A DNA stretch of 64,000 nucleotides, from the NCBI GenBank assembly GCA_038844785.1, contig JAWBRA010000001.1, positions 39,931 through 103,930 of the forward strand, given 5' to 3'. Below are positions 47,688 to 58,073 of this stretch, in pieces. A model generated the notes under the pieces. It was given only the letters and a program-made list of their open reading frames with translations, was not told where the DNA came from and did no database searches. The DNA is from Candidatus Caldarchaeum sp. GTDB lineage: Archaea; Thermoproteota; Nitrososphaeria_A; Caldarchaeales; Caldarchaeaceae. The position numbers were made by a program, and so were the translations under genes. Numbering within the stretch: the stretch's first letter is position 1; each line of letters begins with the position of its first letter.

Positions 47688-48388
47688 CCATCAGAATCTT
47701 TCTTTAAATCCATTTTTTGAAACTCTATGTTAGCTACTGTAAGAATCTTCTTCAAAGTATTCTCCGGAATCCGTTTCCCGCCTACCTTTATTTTGCGCAA
47801 CTCCTCAACTGCGGTTGGGACGGCTGGGTCTAGTGCTGCAAAAACGTTGCGCAGCGTCCTGAAATGCGTAAGGAGCGATTTGGCTGTTTCATGTCCACAT
47901 AACCCTTCCAGAACATAGAGAGCCTGTTCTTCGGGCTTCATGTCCTTACGTTTCAGCCTCAGCGGATACTCTCTAAACTCAGCAACCTCTCCAAGAGACT
48001 TATTCTTCCAAACCAAATAGGTCATCGTCCCTCTGATGTCGGGCGTAGGAATTATAGGAACACCCCAATTGTTAACAATCCTATCCATCAACGCCAAGAT
48101 TGAGACTTCTTTCCAACCCCTCTTCCTGTAAAGACCAAGATAGCCCTCCAGGATAATCATCTTCTCACCCTCGAACTCTTTTAACAGAGAAAGCTGTTCC
48201 CACAGCCTCCCCTTCAGACTGCTGAGAAAATCCATGATTGTTTTTCTTTCGATGAGTGCGTTTGTTTCACGGCCTATTATTAGGTAGTCTCCTGCTGGTA
48301 AAGGTCTGACGGCGGTCTCCACAATCTTCTCAAGGGATTTGACAAGCTTACTATTTTCCGCAGCCTCGTTGCTGTCTACCACTATCAT
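47684..48388 (-). CDS. ERCC4/XPF-family structure-specific nuclease
   Basis: [14 protein letters not shown]...[15 protein letters not shown]-terminal HhH-like region. The track's longer start lies inside the IS. Confidence 0.85.
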   Translation of the reverse strand: MIVVDSNEAAENSKLVKSLEKIVETAVRPLPAGDYLIIGRETNALIERKTIMDFLSSLKGRLWEQLSLLKEFEGEKMIILEGYLGLYRKRGWKEVSILALMDRIVNNWGVPIIPTPDIRGTMTYLVWKNKSLGEVAEFREYPLRLKRKDMKPEEQALYVLEGLCGHETAKSLLTHFRTLRNVFAALDPAVPTAVEELRKIKVGGKRIPENTLKKILTVANIEFQKMDLKKDSDG

Positions 48389-48437
48389 GCTTCCACATAC
48401 AAGGCTGGCGCGAATTATTATTTGTTGGGCATCGATT

Positions 48438-49130
48438 GGGACTGTCAACTTAAGGCTATCCATGACTTTATCCACTTCTCTGATACCTTAGGCCTGTATG
48501 TTGGGAAGCATGTGTTGAACTGTTTTATCCTCCTCTTGAGCTTGCTGAACCAAGACTCTATCGTGTTCCTCCTACCGAACCTCTCTACCCTCCTCCTAAA
48601 GCCCAGAATCTTCACGGGCCAGCTGTACCATGGAGCCCTATCCGTGTAGACTGTAGGGTTGTTAGTGCATGCCTTCTTTACATTCTCCATGAACCTTGTG
48701 CATTCCCCTATTCCACGACCCCTCGATACCTGTATGGCGAATACCTCTCCTCTCCCAACCTCCCTAGCAGCCCATAGATAGGCTCTCCTGACGAGATTAC
48801 GGATTACTGTCTCATCTACGGCTATCGGTCCACGCCTACGCCTAGGTATAGATGAGAAGGCCTCACCAGCCCTAAGGAACCACCTCCTAACAGACTCATG
48901 GCTCACCCTGAATCCTAGCTCTCCTAAGACCTCTGCAACCCCTCTAAGACTGAGCCCCTCCACATACATCCTGACAGCAAGCCCCCAAACCCATGAAGGA
49001 TAACGCATACGAGGAAAGACATTTCTACCACCAAAGAAACCTATAAGACGGCCGAGGCCTACCCCAACTCTGCATCACCCAGGGATTTGAGGGTAAGGCT
49101 CTCGGCCATAGACCTTAAGTTGACAGTCCC
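48438..49130 (-). mobile_element. IS6-family insertion sequence (693 bp)
   Basis: 18-bp TIRs GGGACTGTCAACTTAAGG; single DDE transposase whose stop lies inside the TIR. Confidence 0.9.
48445..49008 (-). CDS. IS6-family DDE transposase
   Basis: GLSLRGV, VSHESVRRW, IAVDET, YLWAA, YTDRAPWY, RNTIESWF. Confidence 0.88.
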   Translation of the reverse strand: MRYPSWVWGLAVRMYVEGLSLRGVAEVLGELGFRVSHESVRRWFLRAGEAFSSIPRRRRGPIAVDETVIRNLVRRAYLWAAREVGRGEVFAIQVSRGRGIGECTRFMENVKKACTNNPTVYTDRAPWYSWPVKILGFRRRVERFGRRNTIESWFSKLKRRIKQFNTCFPTYRPKVSEKWIKSWIALS

Positions 49131-49225
49131 GTTTTTTCTTTGTTAATGGGGGGCGCTGTGTTGGATGGGTTTCAGAATCCGTAATCCGTATGTTTAAAAA
49201 CTGTATCGAAATCATCACGGTGGAT

Positions 49226-49299
49226 AGCCCCGTCGTCTAGGTGGTTAAGGATGCAGGGCTCTGGACCCTGAGACGCCGGTTCAAATCCGGCCGGGGCTA
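49226..49299 (+). tRNA. tRNA-Gln(CTG)
   Basis: AGCCCCG/CGGGGCT acceptor, CAGGG-CTCTGGA-CCCTG anticodon arm, GGTTCAAATCC; TTTAAAAA box at 49193. Confidence 0.95.
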
Positions 49300-49513
49300 A
49301 TATCGCCAAAATACTAGGACTTCCATGAGGCTGGACAGGGCTTAGTGGTGGCGAGGGGGTGTGGCTCGATACCTCTTCATCTCCGATGTGTCTTCATTCC
49401 CATACACCTATAAACCCTTCTTCTAATGGATGTCCTAAGTAATACATTTATAAGCTTTCTATTTAACTGCCCAAGTTTTCCGACAGGCCTATGAGAGTGA
49501 GGATGGACGAGGA

Positions 49514-50287
49514 TTAGGCGGTACGTCCTATAGGCGGGAGGACAGGCAGCTTGTAGGACATCCGGATGATAACCACGTACTTGAAGAGGCTGGAGCTTAG
49601 GAGAAGCATGATGCCTGCTAGAAACATGGACGTGAAAGACGTTGTAACAGCAACAGCCGATGCAGCCATCGAAAACAACAGGTAAACCCAGTTGCCTTCA
49701 GCCTTCAGCGAAAGTTTGAAGTGTTTCGTGGCTCCAGGCCACGCCACGTAAGAGGCGCCCAGAACTATCGTCGACAAGCCGAGCAGGATAGATGATGTGG
49801 GGCTTTGGATTTTGCTAAGAACTATGACTATTCCCAAGCCGGCTGAGAGGCTTAGGACGATGAACAGCGGAGGTGTGAGAGGCGTGTTCCAGCTGGGTAT
49901 CTTCTTGGCTGCAGCAAGCATGAAGCCTTGGCTGACGACGTATGCGGCTGCGCAGAACCAAGCCAGCCACTTGAGCAAGATGCTGGGCCACATAAAGTCG
50001 AGGCCAGCGAGCAAGACGAAGCCCGTGGCGAAAACAGCCTCCCTCGACATCCAAGACTGCCTGAAGTTGCGGAAGACGTGATATGCTTTCGCTGGGTTTC
50101 CCGCCTCAAGCCCAACGAATCCAAGCCCAGCTATGACAAGCCCAGCAGCCGCTAAAGTCAGAAAACCATCGGCCAAATTTGTCAGCACAGCAACGACGTA
50201 TAGGCCGCCACCTGCTCCGCCGAGGAGAAAGTTACATAAAGCAAGCCACTCCCACACATGCTGTCTTTCAAGCCAGTACGCGGCCAT
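49514..50287 (-). CDS. DmsC/NrfD-like membrane anchor (PadD-like)
   Basis: NFLLGGAGGG, EAGNP, SWMSREA, IPSW; polytopic. Confidence 0.78.
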   Translation of the reverse strand: MAAYWLERQHVWEWLALCNFLLGGAGGGLYVVAVLTNLADGFLTLAAAGLVIAGLGFVGLEAGNPAKAYHVFRNFRQSWMSREAVFATGFVLLAGLDFMWPSILLKWLAWFCAAAYVVSQGFMLAAAKKIPSWNTPLTPPLFIVLSLSAGLGIVIVLSKIQSPTSSILLGLSTIVLGASYVAWPGATKHFKLSLKAEGNWVYLLFSMAASAVAVTTSFTSMFLAGIMLLLSSSLFKYVVIIRMSYKLPVLPPIGRTA

Positions 50288-50293
50288 GTGTTT

Positions 50294-50935
50294 TCACCAA
50301 ACGTAGTAGACAGATGGCTCGGTGTCCATGGCTGTCAGAAGCCTGAAAGCTCTCTTTTGCCGTATCATGTACGAAACCTCATTCTCCGGGTCGTCTAGGT
50401 CACCGAAGAACAAAGCCCTCGCGATGCAGGAGTTGACGCATACAGGTGTTGCGTCAGGGTCTCTGCCTGGGACAAGGTTGTTTGCAAGCCCGTAGTCTAT
50501 CCTATCCATGCAGAAATCGCATTTTGTGCAAACACCTACTTTGTCAGCTAAGGGGCTCAGCTTCTCAGGCTGAGTTAGCCCGTCGTTAAAAAATCCTTTC
50601 TTACCTTTTAACAACCACCTCGCCTCATACGGACATGCCAGTATGCAGTATCCGCAGCCGATGCATTTGTCATAGTCTATGTAGACTATTCCGTCGCCAC
50701 GTCTTTGGGTTGCTGTTGTCGGACATACGGTTAAGCATGGTGGCTTCTCGCAGTGCATGCAGTGGAGTGGTAGGAAAAACCTTGTGACGTTGGGATATGC
50801 TCCAACCTCAACGTCTTTCACAAACCTCCAGAAGATGTCGGGCGGGGTTCCGTTGTCGAGCTTGCAGGCGACGGTGCATGTCTGGCAGCCGACGCATTTG
50901 CTCAAGTCTATGACCATACCCCATCTGACCATCAA
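50294..50935 (-). CDS. 4Fe-4S subunit (DmsB/PadC-like)
   Basis: WGMVIDLSKCVGCQTC, CMHCEKPPC..VCP, CIGCGYC..ACPY, KCDFC, PVCVNSC. Confidence 0.9.
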   Translation of the reverse strand: MMVRWGMVIDLSKCVGCQTCTVACKLDNGTPPDIFWRFVKDVEVGAYPNVTRFFLPLHCMHCEKPPCLTVCPTTATQRRGDGIVYIDYDKCIGCGYCILACPYEARWLLKGKKGFFNDGLTQPEKLSPLADKVGVCTKCDFCMDRIDYGLANNLVPGRDPDATPVCVNSCIARALFFGDLDDPENEVSYMIRQKRAFRLLTAMDTEPSVYYVW

Positions 50936-53655
50936 CGCCTCACCTTCTCGATCCTCACCTTCACAAGGTCGGCTCCGCTACCCGTGCCGTCGGTCGTCTC
51001 CAAAGTTATAGGTACAAGCCTGTTCATGTTGGGTGCGTCAATGTTCTTCGGGACGGGTGTTACCCAGTGTCCGAATTGCTGCAGGGCAACTACTGTGTCA
51101 GGCCTTACACCGTTCCTGAGTAAAACCCTGCCCCTAACCCTGCCTATCGGCGACTCTATGAAAACCTCGTCTCCCGTCTTCAGCCCAAGCCTTCTGCCAA
51201 CCTCCTCATTCATCATAACAGCATCATGGCCCATGACGTGTTTTGAGACATCGGCGAGAACTGGTATCGCTACGTTAGCGCCCCAAGAATACTGCATGCT
51301 CCTGCTTGTCACAAGCCAGAACGGATAATCCTCAGGCTTTTTGCCGTAAAGCTTCGGCAACTCCTCAAAGATTTTCGGAAAGTCCTCCCATTCGGGCATG
51401 GCCTTATATTCCTCCAGCTGCTTGTCCCACCATCTTATCTGATGCTCGTGAAGACGTCTCTTGAGCTCCTGCCCAACCCGCATAACTCTTTCCTGGTAGG
51501 GAAGCTCGTAGCGAAGCTTCTTTGCCACGATGATTGGATGAAGGTACCAGTTGATGCGTTTGAAGGGTATTAGGTATGCGCCGTGTTTCCTAAACCATTC
51601 AAGTCCGTACTCGTGGCGGCCGTTGCTCAAAGTCATTGTAGCTGCCTTGCACAACCTGTCCCATATCTCGTACGACTTGTATTTCCTCCCAGGGTCTAGG
51701 CTGTAGTCGTATAAAGGTGTCTTAAGCCTGAAGCCCAGCACACCGTTGTTTATCGCCTCATTATACTCTCTAAGCAGGCCTGTTCTGTCAGCAAGCTCCG
51801 TCGCAATGTCGGTGAGGTCCATCGTGTTATATGGTGGTTCAGCTACCGGCTGTCTTATGGCAACGCCCATATATTCCCAGAACTGCTCTTGATAGCTTGT
51901 CCCCCCCACCCTGAAGAGCTGATAGCTTTCGAGGTCTACGTTGTCGGGGAGAAGAACGTCCGCAAACCAGTTTGTCTCGTCATACGTGTAGGCAAAGGCT
52001 GCTATGAACGGAAACTCCTCTAAACACCTAGCCACGAGCTCCGGCTCCCAGCTGGATATGAGAGGGTTCGTCCTATATATCATCCAAACATCGGGAGGTG
52101 TGGGTGCAGGCCAGTTCTCGGGAGCCTTCTTCATGAAAAGCCAAGGTAGATGTGCTGGGCCCAACGCCTGGCTCCAGCTCGAGTCGAGCACCAAAGGGCT
52201 TAGGGTTTTGTAGGCGTTCCTGACACGCGGGGTTGCCTCCCAGTGCTCACTGTCTGTTGGGTTCAGGCTCTGGGCCATAAAACCGTCCTCACCTATTCTC
52301 ACGCTCTCAAGCCTGTCGAACATTGGCCTGTTGAGCCTTATGGTGACGCCTAAGATGGAGCCAGGCACCTCGACGGCTCCGACCAGAGACTGCAAAACCG
52401 TCCTCGCCCACACCGCTTGGTAGGCTCCCCAGCCGTTTGAGACGGTTTTTCCAAGCAGAATTGCCACAGGCCTTAAAGGCATCTTCAAACCGTCTATCGT
52501 CACTGTCGCGCCGACCAAGGCGTTGTCTACAAACTCTTTCGCAAGCCTCCGTATGGTTGACGGGTTTACGTCGCATATTGCGCCAGCCCATTCGGGCGTG
52601 TAGTTCTTCACGTGCTCAACAAGCTTCGTGAAAGCTGTTTTGCCAACTACGTCCGTATGCTCTATAACCTCCTTGTCAGGCCCTATTTCAACGGCTTTCT
52701 TGACTGTGAACTCGCCGTAAACTGCTGGGCTGTGGATTGTTTTGTCATCGAAGGTTTTTGCAGTCCCGCTCACCGAATCCCATATGAGAGGCTTATGTGT
52801 AGTTGGGTCGCGTAAGTAGTACCCGTCAGGACCTATAAGATATGGGCTGTTTGTCCTGTTCTTGAGAAAGTCTAGGTCGCATACCTTCTCCCATCCCAGC
52901 TCATGCAGAACTGTGTAGAGCATGGCGTAGAGGAATGCTGCATCCGTCTTCGGCTTTATCGGAATCCACTCATCCGCCGTGGCTCCTGTCACTGAGAGAT
53001 GCGGTTCAACCTGAATCCACTTCATGCCAGCAGCCCTAGCCTCAGCGTTGCGCCAAACACCTGTGACGCCTCCTGCAGCGTTGTCGTTGTGGCCGAAGGA
53101 GATGACAAGCTTGGTGTAAGGCGTGTCATGCGCGACGATGAACGCCCTATGCCAGTATTCGCCGAAAAGATGTTCTGTATGGTAGCATTTGACTCCCTGG
53201 CCGCTTCCGAGGCTGAAGTCTATCGGCCCCCATGCGGCGAAGAAGGCGTTGAGCGTGCCGAAGTAGGCTTGTGGGGTGCCGGCGCCGCCGAGCGTTACCG
53301 CGAACCTTGGATAGCCAACATCGTCCACCAACCCCTTTCTCCTTATTTCGGAAAGCTTCCCGGCGACGATATCGAGGGCCTCATCCCATGAAATTGGCGT
53401 CCAGTTAGGGTTTTCGCTTAAACCTTTCCGCCTGTTCCCCCTCACCATAGGCTGCTTGATGCGTTTGGGGTTGTACATCTTCTGAACAAGCCCATAGGCT
53501 TTAACGCAGACCCTACCCCCCGCGGGATGTTTGTCGGCAAAGTCGAAGTTAGGCTCCACCCCCACCGGAACCCCGTCTTTGACAACAACTTTTAGAAGGT
53601 CTGGGCCGCATACACACTGGTAGCAGTATGTAGGCACTTTGGTAATAGTAGCCAT
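50932..53655 (-). CDS. DMSO-reductase-family molybdoenzyme, phenylacetyl-CoA:acceptor oxidoreductase PadB-like
   Basis: KVPTYCYQCVCGPDLL...EPNF...HPAGGRVCVKAYGLVQK, GQGVKCYHTEH, SRSMQYSWGAN; no Tat signal; near a phenylacetate-CoA ligase. Confidence 0.78.
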   Translation of the reverse strand: MATITKVPTYCYQCVCGPDLLKVVVKDGVPVGVEPNFDFADKHPAGGRVCVKAYGLVQKMYNPKRIKQPMVRGNRRKGLSENPNWTPISWDEALDIVAGKLSEIRRKGLVDDVGYPRFAVTLGGAGTPQAYFGTLNAFFAAWGPIDFSLGSGQGVKCYHTEHLFGEYWHRAFIVAHDTPYTKLVISFGHNDNAAGGVTGVWRNAEARAAGMKWIQVEPHLSVTGATADEWIPIKPKTDAAFLYAMLYTVLHELGWEKVCDLDFLKNRTNSPYLIGPDGYYLRDPTTHKPLIWDSVSGTAKTFDDKTIHSPAVYGEFTVKKAVEIGPDKEVIEHTDVVGKTAFTKLVEHVKNYTPEWAGAICDVNPSTIRRLAKEFVDNALVGATVTIDGLKMPLRPVAILLGKTVSNGWGAYQAVWARTVLQSLVGAVEVPGSILGVTIRLNRPMFDRLESVRIGEDGFMAQSLNPTDSEHWEATPRVRNAYKTLSPLVLDSSWSQALGPAHLPWLFMKKAPENWPAPTPPDVWMIYRTNPLISSWEPELVARCLEEFPFIAAFAYTYDETNWFADVLLPDNVDLESYQLFRVGGTSYQEQFWEYMGVAIRQPVAEPPYNTMDLTDIATELADRTGLLREYNEAINNGVLGFRLKTPLYDYSLDPGRKYKSYEIWDRLCKAATMTLSNGRHEYGLEWFRKHGAYLIPFKRINWYLHPIIVAKKLRYELPYQERVMRVGQELKRRLHEHQIRWWDKQLEEYKAMPEWEDFPKIFEELPKLYGKKPEDYPFWLVTSRSMQYSWGANVAIPVLADVSKHVMGHDAVMMNEEVGRRLGLKTGDEVFIESPIGRVRGRVLLRNGVRPDTVVALQQFGHWVTPVPKNIDAPNMNRLVPITLETTDGTGSGADLVKVRIEKVRR

Positions 53656-53702
53656 GTCAAACTTTATTCGCTTGACGACCACTTATATTATTTAAAATCT
53701 AT

Positions 53703-54776
53703 TTATATAGATTCTAGGCTTAGAACCGTTGCCGTGGGCTGGGTCCTTAAAGGGCTCAGTATTCTGTTGGCCGCCGCGTCAGCTATGGCGACGCTGTAGC
53801 CAGCTATCCTTCTTATGTCTCTGAGTATGAACAGAAGGGTCATCGCCTGCTCTATGTCTTTAACACTGTGTATTATGTCGAGGCTGAGCCTCTCCTCGTA
53901 GGATTTCACGTCCTGTATGAGGTTGCTGACCCTCAGGACGCTGTGAAAGTCTTTGTCTATGAAGGCCTCAATCGCAAGCTGCTGCATGAACTGAACCATC
54001 TCAGACAAGGAGACTATCTGAGGAAGAATCTCAAAAACCGTTATCCTACGACCAAGCCGAATGAGGTTCTTCGATATGTAGAGGGCGTGGTAGAATATCC
54101 TGTGCAGGTCTCTGGACAGCAGCACATACGTTATAAGCTCGTTGCTGTCCCTAATCCCACAATAGTAAGCTATCTCGGGGTCCATGCTGCTCAACGACAG
54201 ATGCCTGATGAGCTTACGGTAGATCCTCAGCATGTCCGGCTCACGGCTCGTAACCTCCAGAGCAAGCCTTAGGTTGTTTTCAGTAAGAGCACGGATAGAA
54301 TCCCTGTGGGTGTAGAGCGCAATGTCATGTATGGTTAGCACAACGTCGTCGATTTTCTCCTTCACAGCATCCGTGATGATGCTGTAAACAACTTTGTTGG
54401 AGTCTTCATGGCTTATCTCAACACCTGGCATCTCAAGCCTCACCTCCCTTAGCTTCTTCTTCTTTTCCGACGACATCGGGCGAGACGACTTCACGATGAG
54501 CGTGTAGGCGCCCTGCATGTAATACGTTAGGAGACAGTATCTAACCGACCTCATGTCGTCAAACCTGTCCAAATCTATTTCAACAGTCTTCTTCATCTTA
54601 GGCGAGTCTTTGAAAGAGAGACGGAGGGAGTAGCCGTCCTCCACCGTAAACAGCCTCGCACCTTTTTCAACCTCATACTTGTCCACCCACCACTTGGGCA
54701 AAGTAACCGTATAACTGCCACCCCTGATCAGCTGTAGAACGCGGATGCCTGGTTTGTGGGGAACAACCCTGCCCAT
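53703..54776 (-). CDS. AbrB-PhoU domain regulator
   Basis: RVLQLIRGGSYTVTLPKWWV (AbrB-like) followed by two PhoU-like helical repeats. Confidence 0.8.
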   Translation of the reverse strand: MGRVVPHKPGIRVLQLIRGGSYTVTLPKWWVDKYEVEKGARLFTVEDGYSLRLSFKDSPKMKKTVEIDLDRFDDMRSVRYCLLTYYMQGAYTLIVKSSRPMSSEKKKKLREVRLEMPGVEISHEDSNKVVYSIITDAVKEKIDDVVLTIHDIALYTHRDSIRALTENNLRLALEVTSREPDMLRIYRKLIRHLSLSSMDPEIAYYCGIRDSNELITYVLLSRDLHRIFYHALYISKNLIRLGRRITVFEILPQIVSLSEMVQFMQQLAIEAFIDKDFHSVLRVSNLIQDVKSYEERLSLDIIHSVKDIEQAMTLLFILRDIRRIAGYSVAIADAAANRILSPLRTQPTATVLSLESI

Positions 54777-54964
54777 CCTGTATTGTTCTCTCCGACAACA
54801 TTATTATAATTTGCGGATTTTTTCCAATTTTTGCCGAACTAATGCGGGAAAAAACACACATTTATAGAAAAAAGTGAAAAGTTATGTAAAAGTGTTGCGG
54901 CAATTATATTATTTGATTTAATTGTTTAAAATGTAGGGACAAACTTCAGTGTTTACGCAGCAAA

Positions 54965-56287
54965 ATGGCGGGGAGAACACAGTACTGGGAGCCTAACATA
55001 GAGACCGCCGGGCGGAAAGAAATACAGGAGCTTCAGCTGAAACGCCTGAAGTTCATACTACGATATGTTTACGATCGCAGCCCGTTCTACAGACGGAGGT
55101 TTAACGAGGCAGGTGTGGTGCCGGACGATGTGAAAAAGCTTGACGACGTCAGGAAACTCCCATTCACAACGAAGGACGACCTGCGACTCTACAGCTACCC
55201 CTACGGCGGCGATTTTCTATGCGTGCCGAGGGAGGAGCTCGTCTGCTGGCACATGACTTCGGGGACTACAGGCAAGCCGACCGTAGGCCCCTACACATTC
55301 AAGGACTACGAGACGTGGATGAACCTTATGGCAAGGTGTTTGGTGACGTGTGGTGTGCGAAAAGGGGACATAATGCTGAACATTTACGGCTACGGCCTTT
55401 TTACTGGCGGGCTTGGCTTCCATCAATCAGCACATCTTGTGGGGGCATCTGTCATCCCATGGAGCGTTGGAAGAACAGAGGCATTGATACAGGCGTTGAA
55501 GGATTTCCAGCCGACAGTCATGACAGGCACACCGTCATACAACCTCTACATAGCGGAGCAGATGCGTAAGCAAGGCTTGAAGCCGAACGACATATCGCTG
55601 AGGATAACCATCAACGGAGCCGAGATATGGACGGAGGAGGCTAGGAAGAGAATAGAAGAAGGGTTTGGACTCAAAGAAAGAGGCGGAGGGGCGATGAACA
55701 TTTACGGCGCAACAGAGCTTTTCGGCCCAGGCAGCGGAGTGGAATGCGAACAGCAGCTAGGCTTTCACTTCTGGATAGACCATTTCTACTTGGAGCTTAT
55801 AGACCCTGAGACACTTGAGCCTGTTCAGCCCGGCGAGAGAGGGGAGATGGTTGTGACTACGCTGACAAAAGAAGGGATGCCGTTAATCAGATACAGGATG
55901 AGGGACATAACTGTTTTAGACGACAGCGGATGCGAATGCGGCAGGGATGCCTTCCCCAGATGTAAATGGATTACGGGCAGGGTTGACGACGTAATCCACT
56001 ACAAGGGGGCTAAAATATGGCCAAGCACCATCCAGGAAACCCTGCTAAAGTTTCCGGAAGTGTTGGAGTACCAGGTCTTAATTGATAAATCGTCTGCCGG
56101 AGGACAGTTCATCATACGTATTGAGTTGGACAAGGAGAAAGATGGTATGGAAAAGAGAGAGACATTAGTTTCCGAGCTGCGTAAAAACCTGCTCTTCGTA
56201 ACGCCGCATGTAGAGTTCGTGCCCGAGGGAACACTTCCACGCTATGAGGGAAAGTCTAAGAGGATAATTGTAAAAGAGATGATGTAG
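54965..56287 (+). CDS. paaK: Phenylacetate--CoA ligase
   Basis: LPFTTKDDLR, TSGTTGKPT, YGYGLFTGGLGFH, YGATELFGPG, PLIRYR, GRVDD, LPRYEGKSKR. Confidence 0.88.
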   Translation: MAGRTQYWEPNIETAGRKEIQELQLKRLKFILRYVYDRSPFYRRRFNEAGVVPDDVKKLDDVRKLPFTTKDDLRLYSYPYGGDFLCVPREELVCWHMTSGTTGKPTVGPYTFKDYETWMNLMARCLVTCGVRKGDIMLNIYGYGLFTGGLGFHQSAHLVGASVIPWSVGRTEALIQALKDFQPTVMTGTPSYNLYIAEQMRKQGLKPNDISLRITINGAEIWTEEARKRIEEGFGLKERGGGAMNIYGATELFGPGSGVECEQQLGFHFWIDHFYLELIDPETLEPVQPGERGEMVVTTLTKEGMPLIRYRMRDITVLDDSGCECGRDAFPRCKWITGRVDDVIHYKGAKIWPSTIQETLLKFPEVLEYQVLIDKSSAGGQFIIRIELDKEKDGMEKRETLVSELRKNLLFVTPHVEFVPEGTLPRYEGKSKRIIVKEMM

Positions 56288-56288
56288 C

Positions 56289-56471
56289 ATGTCTTCGTAC
56301 GATGCTTTAAGCGAGAAACTGGAACGGATTCTGAAGGAGTTCAAGGAAATGAAGACGCTAGCAAAAACTTCAGGAATTCTCAGCGTAGAAAGAAACGTTG
56401 AACACATAATAAGCCACATCCAAACCATGCTGGAGTCTCTTAAAAAAACGGAAGCAGGGTACTCGCTGTAA
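56289..56471 (+). CDS. Small hypothetical protein
   Basis: 60-aa helical ORF starting 1 nt after the paaK stop. Confidence 0.55.
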   Translation: MSSYDALSEKLERILKEFKEMKTLAKTSGILSVERNVEHIISHIQTMLESLKKTEAGYSL

Positions 56472-56566
56472 ACCATTGGACGTTGAATCATTGCGCTATA
56501 CTCCGCTGTAGCAAAAAATATAAATTTCCTAAAAAGCTTATCAAATTTTAGGCGGAAAAACCGCAC

Positions 56567-58048
56567 GTGACTGAGAAAGAAAAAACCAGTGTTGACAGAC
56601 GTTCCTTCATCAAGTACGCTGCCACAGCTGGTATCGCCGCCGTCATCGCAGGAGCTGCAGGATACTTCTCCGCACCCACGCGAACCGAGATAATAACCAG
56701 GACAATCCCAGCTGGAGAGGTGACGAGAACCGTAACCGTCGGCGGACAGACGGTGACGGTAGGCGGCCCAACAGTCACGCAGACCCGTACAGTGACTATT
56801 ACTACAACGCCATCGCCGCCGCCTCCGAGACCGCCGCCTGGAAAGACCGAGGTTAGGATAGGGGTTCTGGCGCCGTTGGCAGCCCGCGAGGGAAAGGTTC
56901 AGGAGAACGCCGCCCGCCTCGCGATCGAGGAGATAAACGCTAAAGGGGGTATACTCGGACTTCCCGTAAAGCTCGTAGTGGCTGACGACAAGCTTAGCGC
57001 TGACACAGCTGTAGCGGAGTTTAGACGCTTAGTTACAGCTGAGAAAGTCGACGTGATGATAGGTGGCTACTCAAGCGGCGTGATGACAGCCACAATGGAG
57101 CCCATGGCGGAGTTGAAGACAATATTTCTAGCAGACGCTTCATCACCGGCCCACGCCAGAAAAGTTGGAGCCAACTACGACAAATACAAGTATTGGTTTA
57201 GGATAACCCAGAACAACGGCATAACCTTCGCGCTCGACGGAGTAGAGCAGATAGACTACCTTGCCGCAAACGGCGTTAAGATCGACAAGCTTTACATAAT
57301 CAGAGACGAGCACATATGGGTTGATGAATGGGAGCCTCTGTTCACGGAGCTTCTGAAGCGGAAAAACATACAGGTGGTGAAGAGTGTTAAGATACCGAGG
57401 GGATACACGGAGTATGAACCGCTTCTTATAGAGGCGAACAGGCTCGGAGCTCAAGCAGTGTTCAACATGCTGGCTATTTCCGGGACAGGCGACGTGCTGG
57501 CAAGGCAGTGGGCCACACTCAAGCTTCCTCTGATTCTGATGGGCCATGACTTGGCCGCCATAGACCTAGGGTTCTGGGAAAAGACGGGAGGTGCTTGCGA
57601 ATACGAGATTTTCATGGCTGACGGAGGAGTTGTCCAGACAGCACCCCCAACCCCGATGTGCAAAAGCTTCATAGAGAACTATACCAAAAAGTATGGGTAT
57701 CCGCCTGAGGCTCATCAAGGCTACGGAGCATATGATGCAGTCTACCTGTACAAGAAGGTTGTTGAGGAAGCGGCTGCTGCGGGTGAGAGCAACCCGTTCG
57801 ATTCGGAGACGCTGGTCAAATACTTGGAGAGATACACACTTGGAAACGCTATCAAGCTGACGAGAAAGGTGGCCTTCTATCCGAAAGGTGCATGGGGCGC
57901 AGACGGGACGAGGTGGGACCACGACCTAGTTTGGGGGGATGAATACGTCAAGAACTGGGTGGCGCAATGGCAAGCTGGAAAACAGTATGTGCTTGCACCG
58001 TCTTGGCTCAAAAACGCAGACCTAAAACTGCCGCCGTGGCTCAAATAA
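56567..58048 (+). CDS. Liv-type ABC substrate-binding protein with Tat signal
   Basis: DRRSFIK twin-arginine motif, Thr/Pro-rich linker, RIGVLAPL, AIEEINAKGGILG, AYDAVY. Confidence 0.88.
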   Translation: MTEKEKTSVDRRSFIKYAATAGIAAVIAGAAGYFSAPTRTEIITRTIPAGEVTRTVTVGGQTVTVGGPTVTQTRTVTITTTPSPPPPRPPPGKTEVRIGVLAPLAAREGKVQENAARLAIEEINAKGGILGLPVKLVVADDKLSADTAVAEFRRLVTAEKVDVMIGGYSSGVMTATMEPMAELKTIFLADASSPAHARKVGANYDKYKYWFRITQNNGITFALDGVEQIDYLAANGVKIDKLYIIRDEHIWVDEWEPLFTELLKRKNIQVVKSVKIPRGYTEYEPLLIEANRLGAQAVFNMLAISGTGDVLARQWATLKLPLILMGHDLAAIDLGFWEKTGGACEYEIFMADGGVVQTAPPTPMCKSFIENYTKKYGYPPEAHQGYGAYDAVYLYKKVVEEAAAAGESNPFDSETLVKYLERYTLGNAIKLTRKVAFYPKGAWGADGTRWDHDLVWGDEYVKNWVAQWQAGKQYVLAPSWLKNADLKLPPWLK

Positions 58049-58073
58049 GCCTTTATTTTTTCAACACACGCTG

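Noticed and set aside
48389-48475. N-terminal extension of the ERCC4 ORF in the track
   Set aside because: It begins inside the IS6 end; the domain starts at MIVVDSNE (48388).
25735-49130. Composite transposon formed by the two co-oriented IS6 copies
   Set aside because: The copies are diverged, the outer flanks (gtttttaa / gttttttc) are only a low-complexity partial match, and the interval holds housekeeping genes (tgtA, tRNA-Val, thiL).
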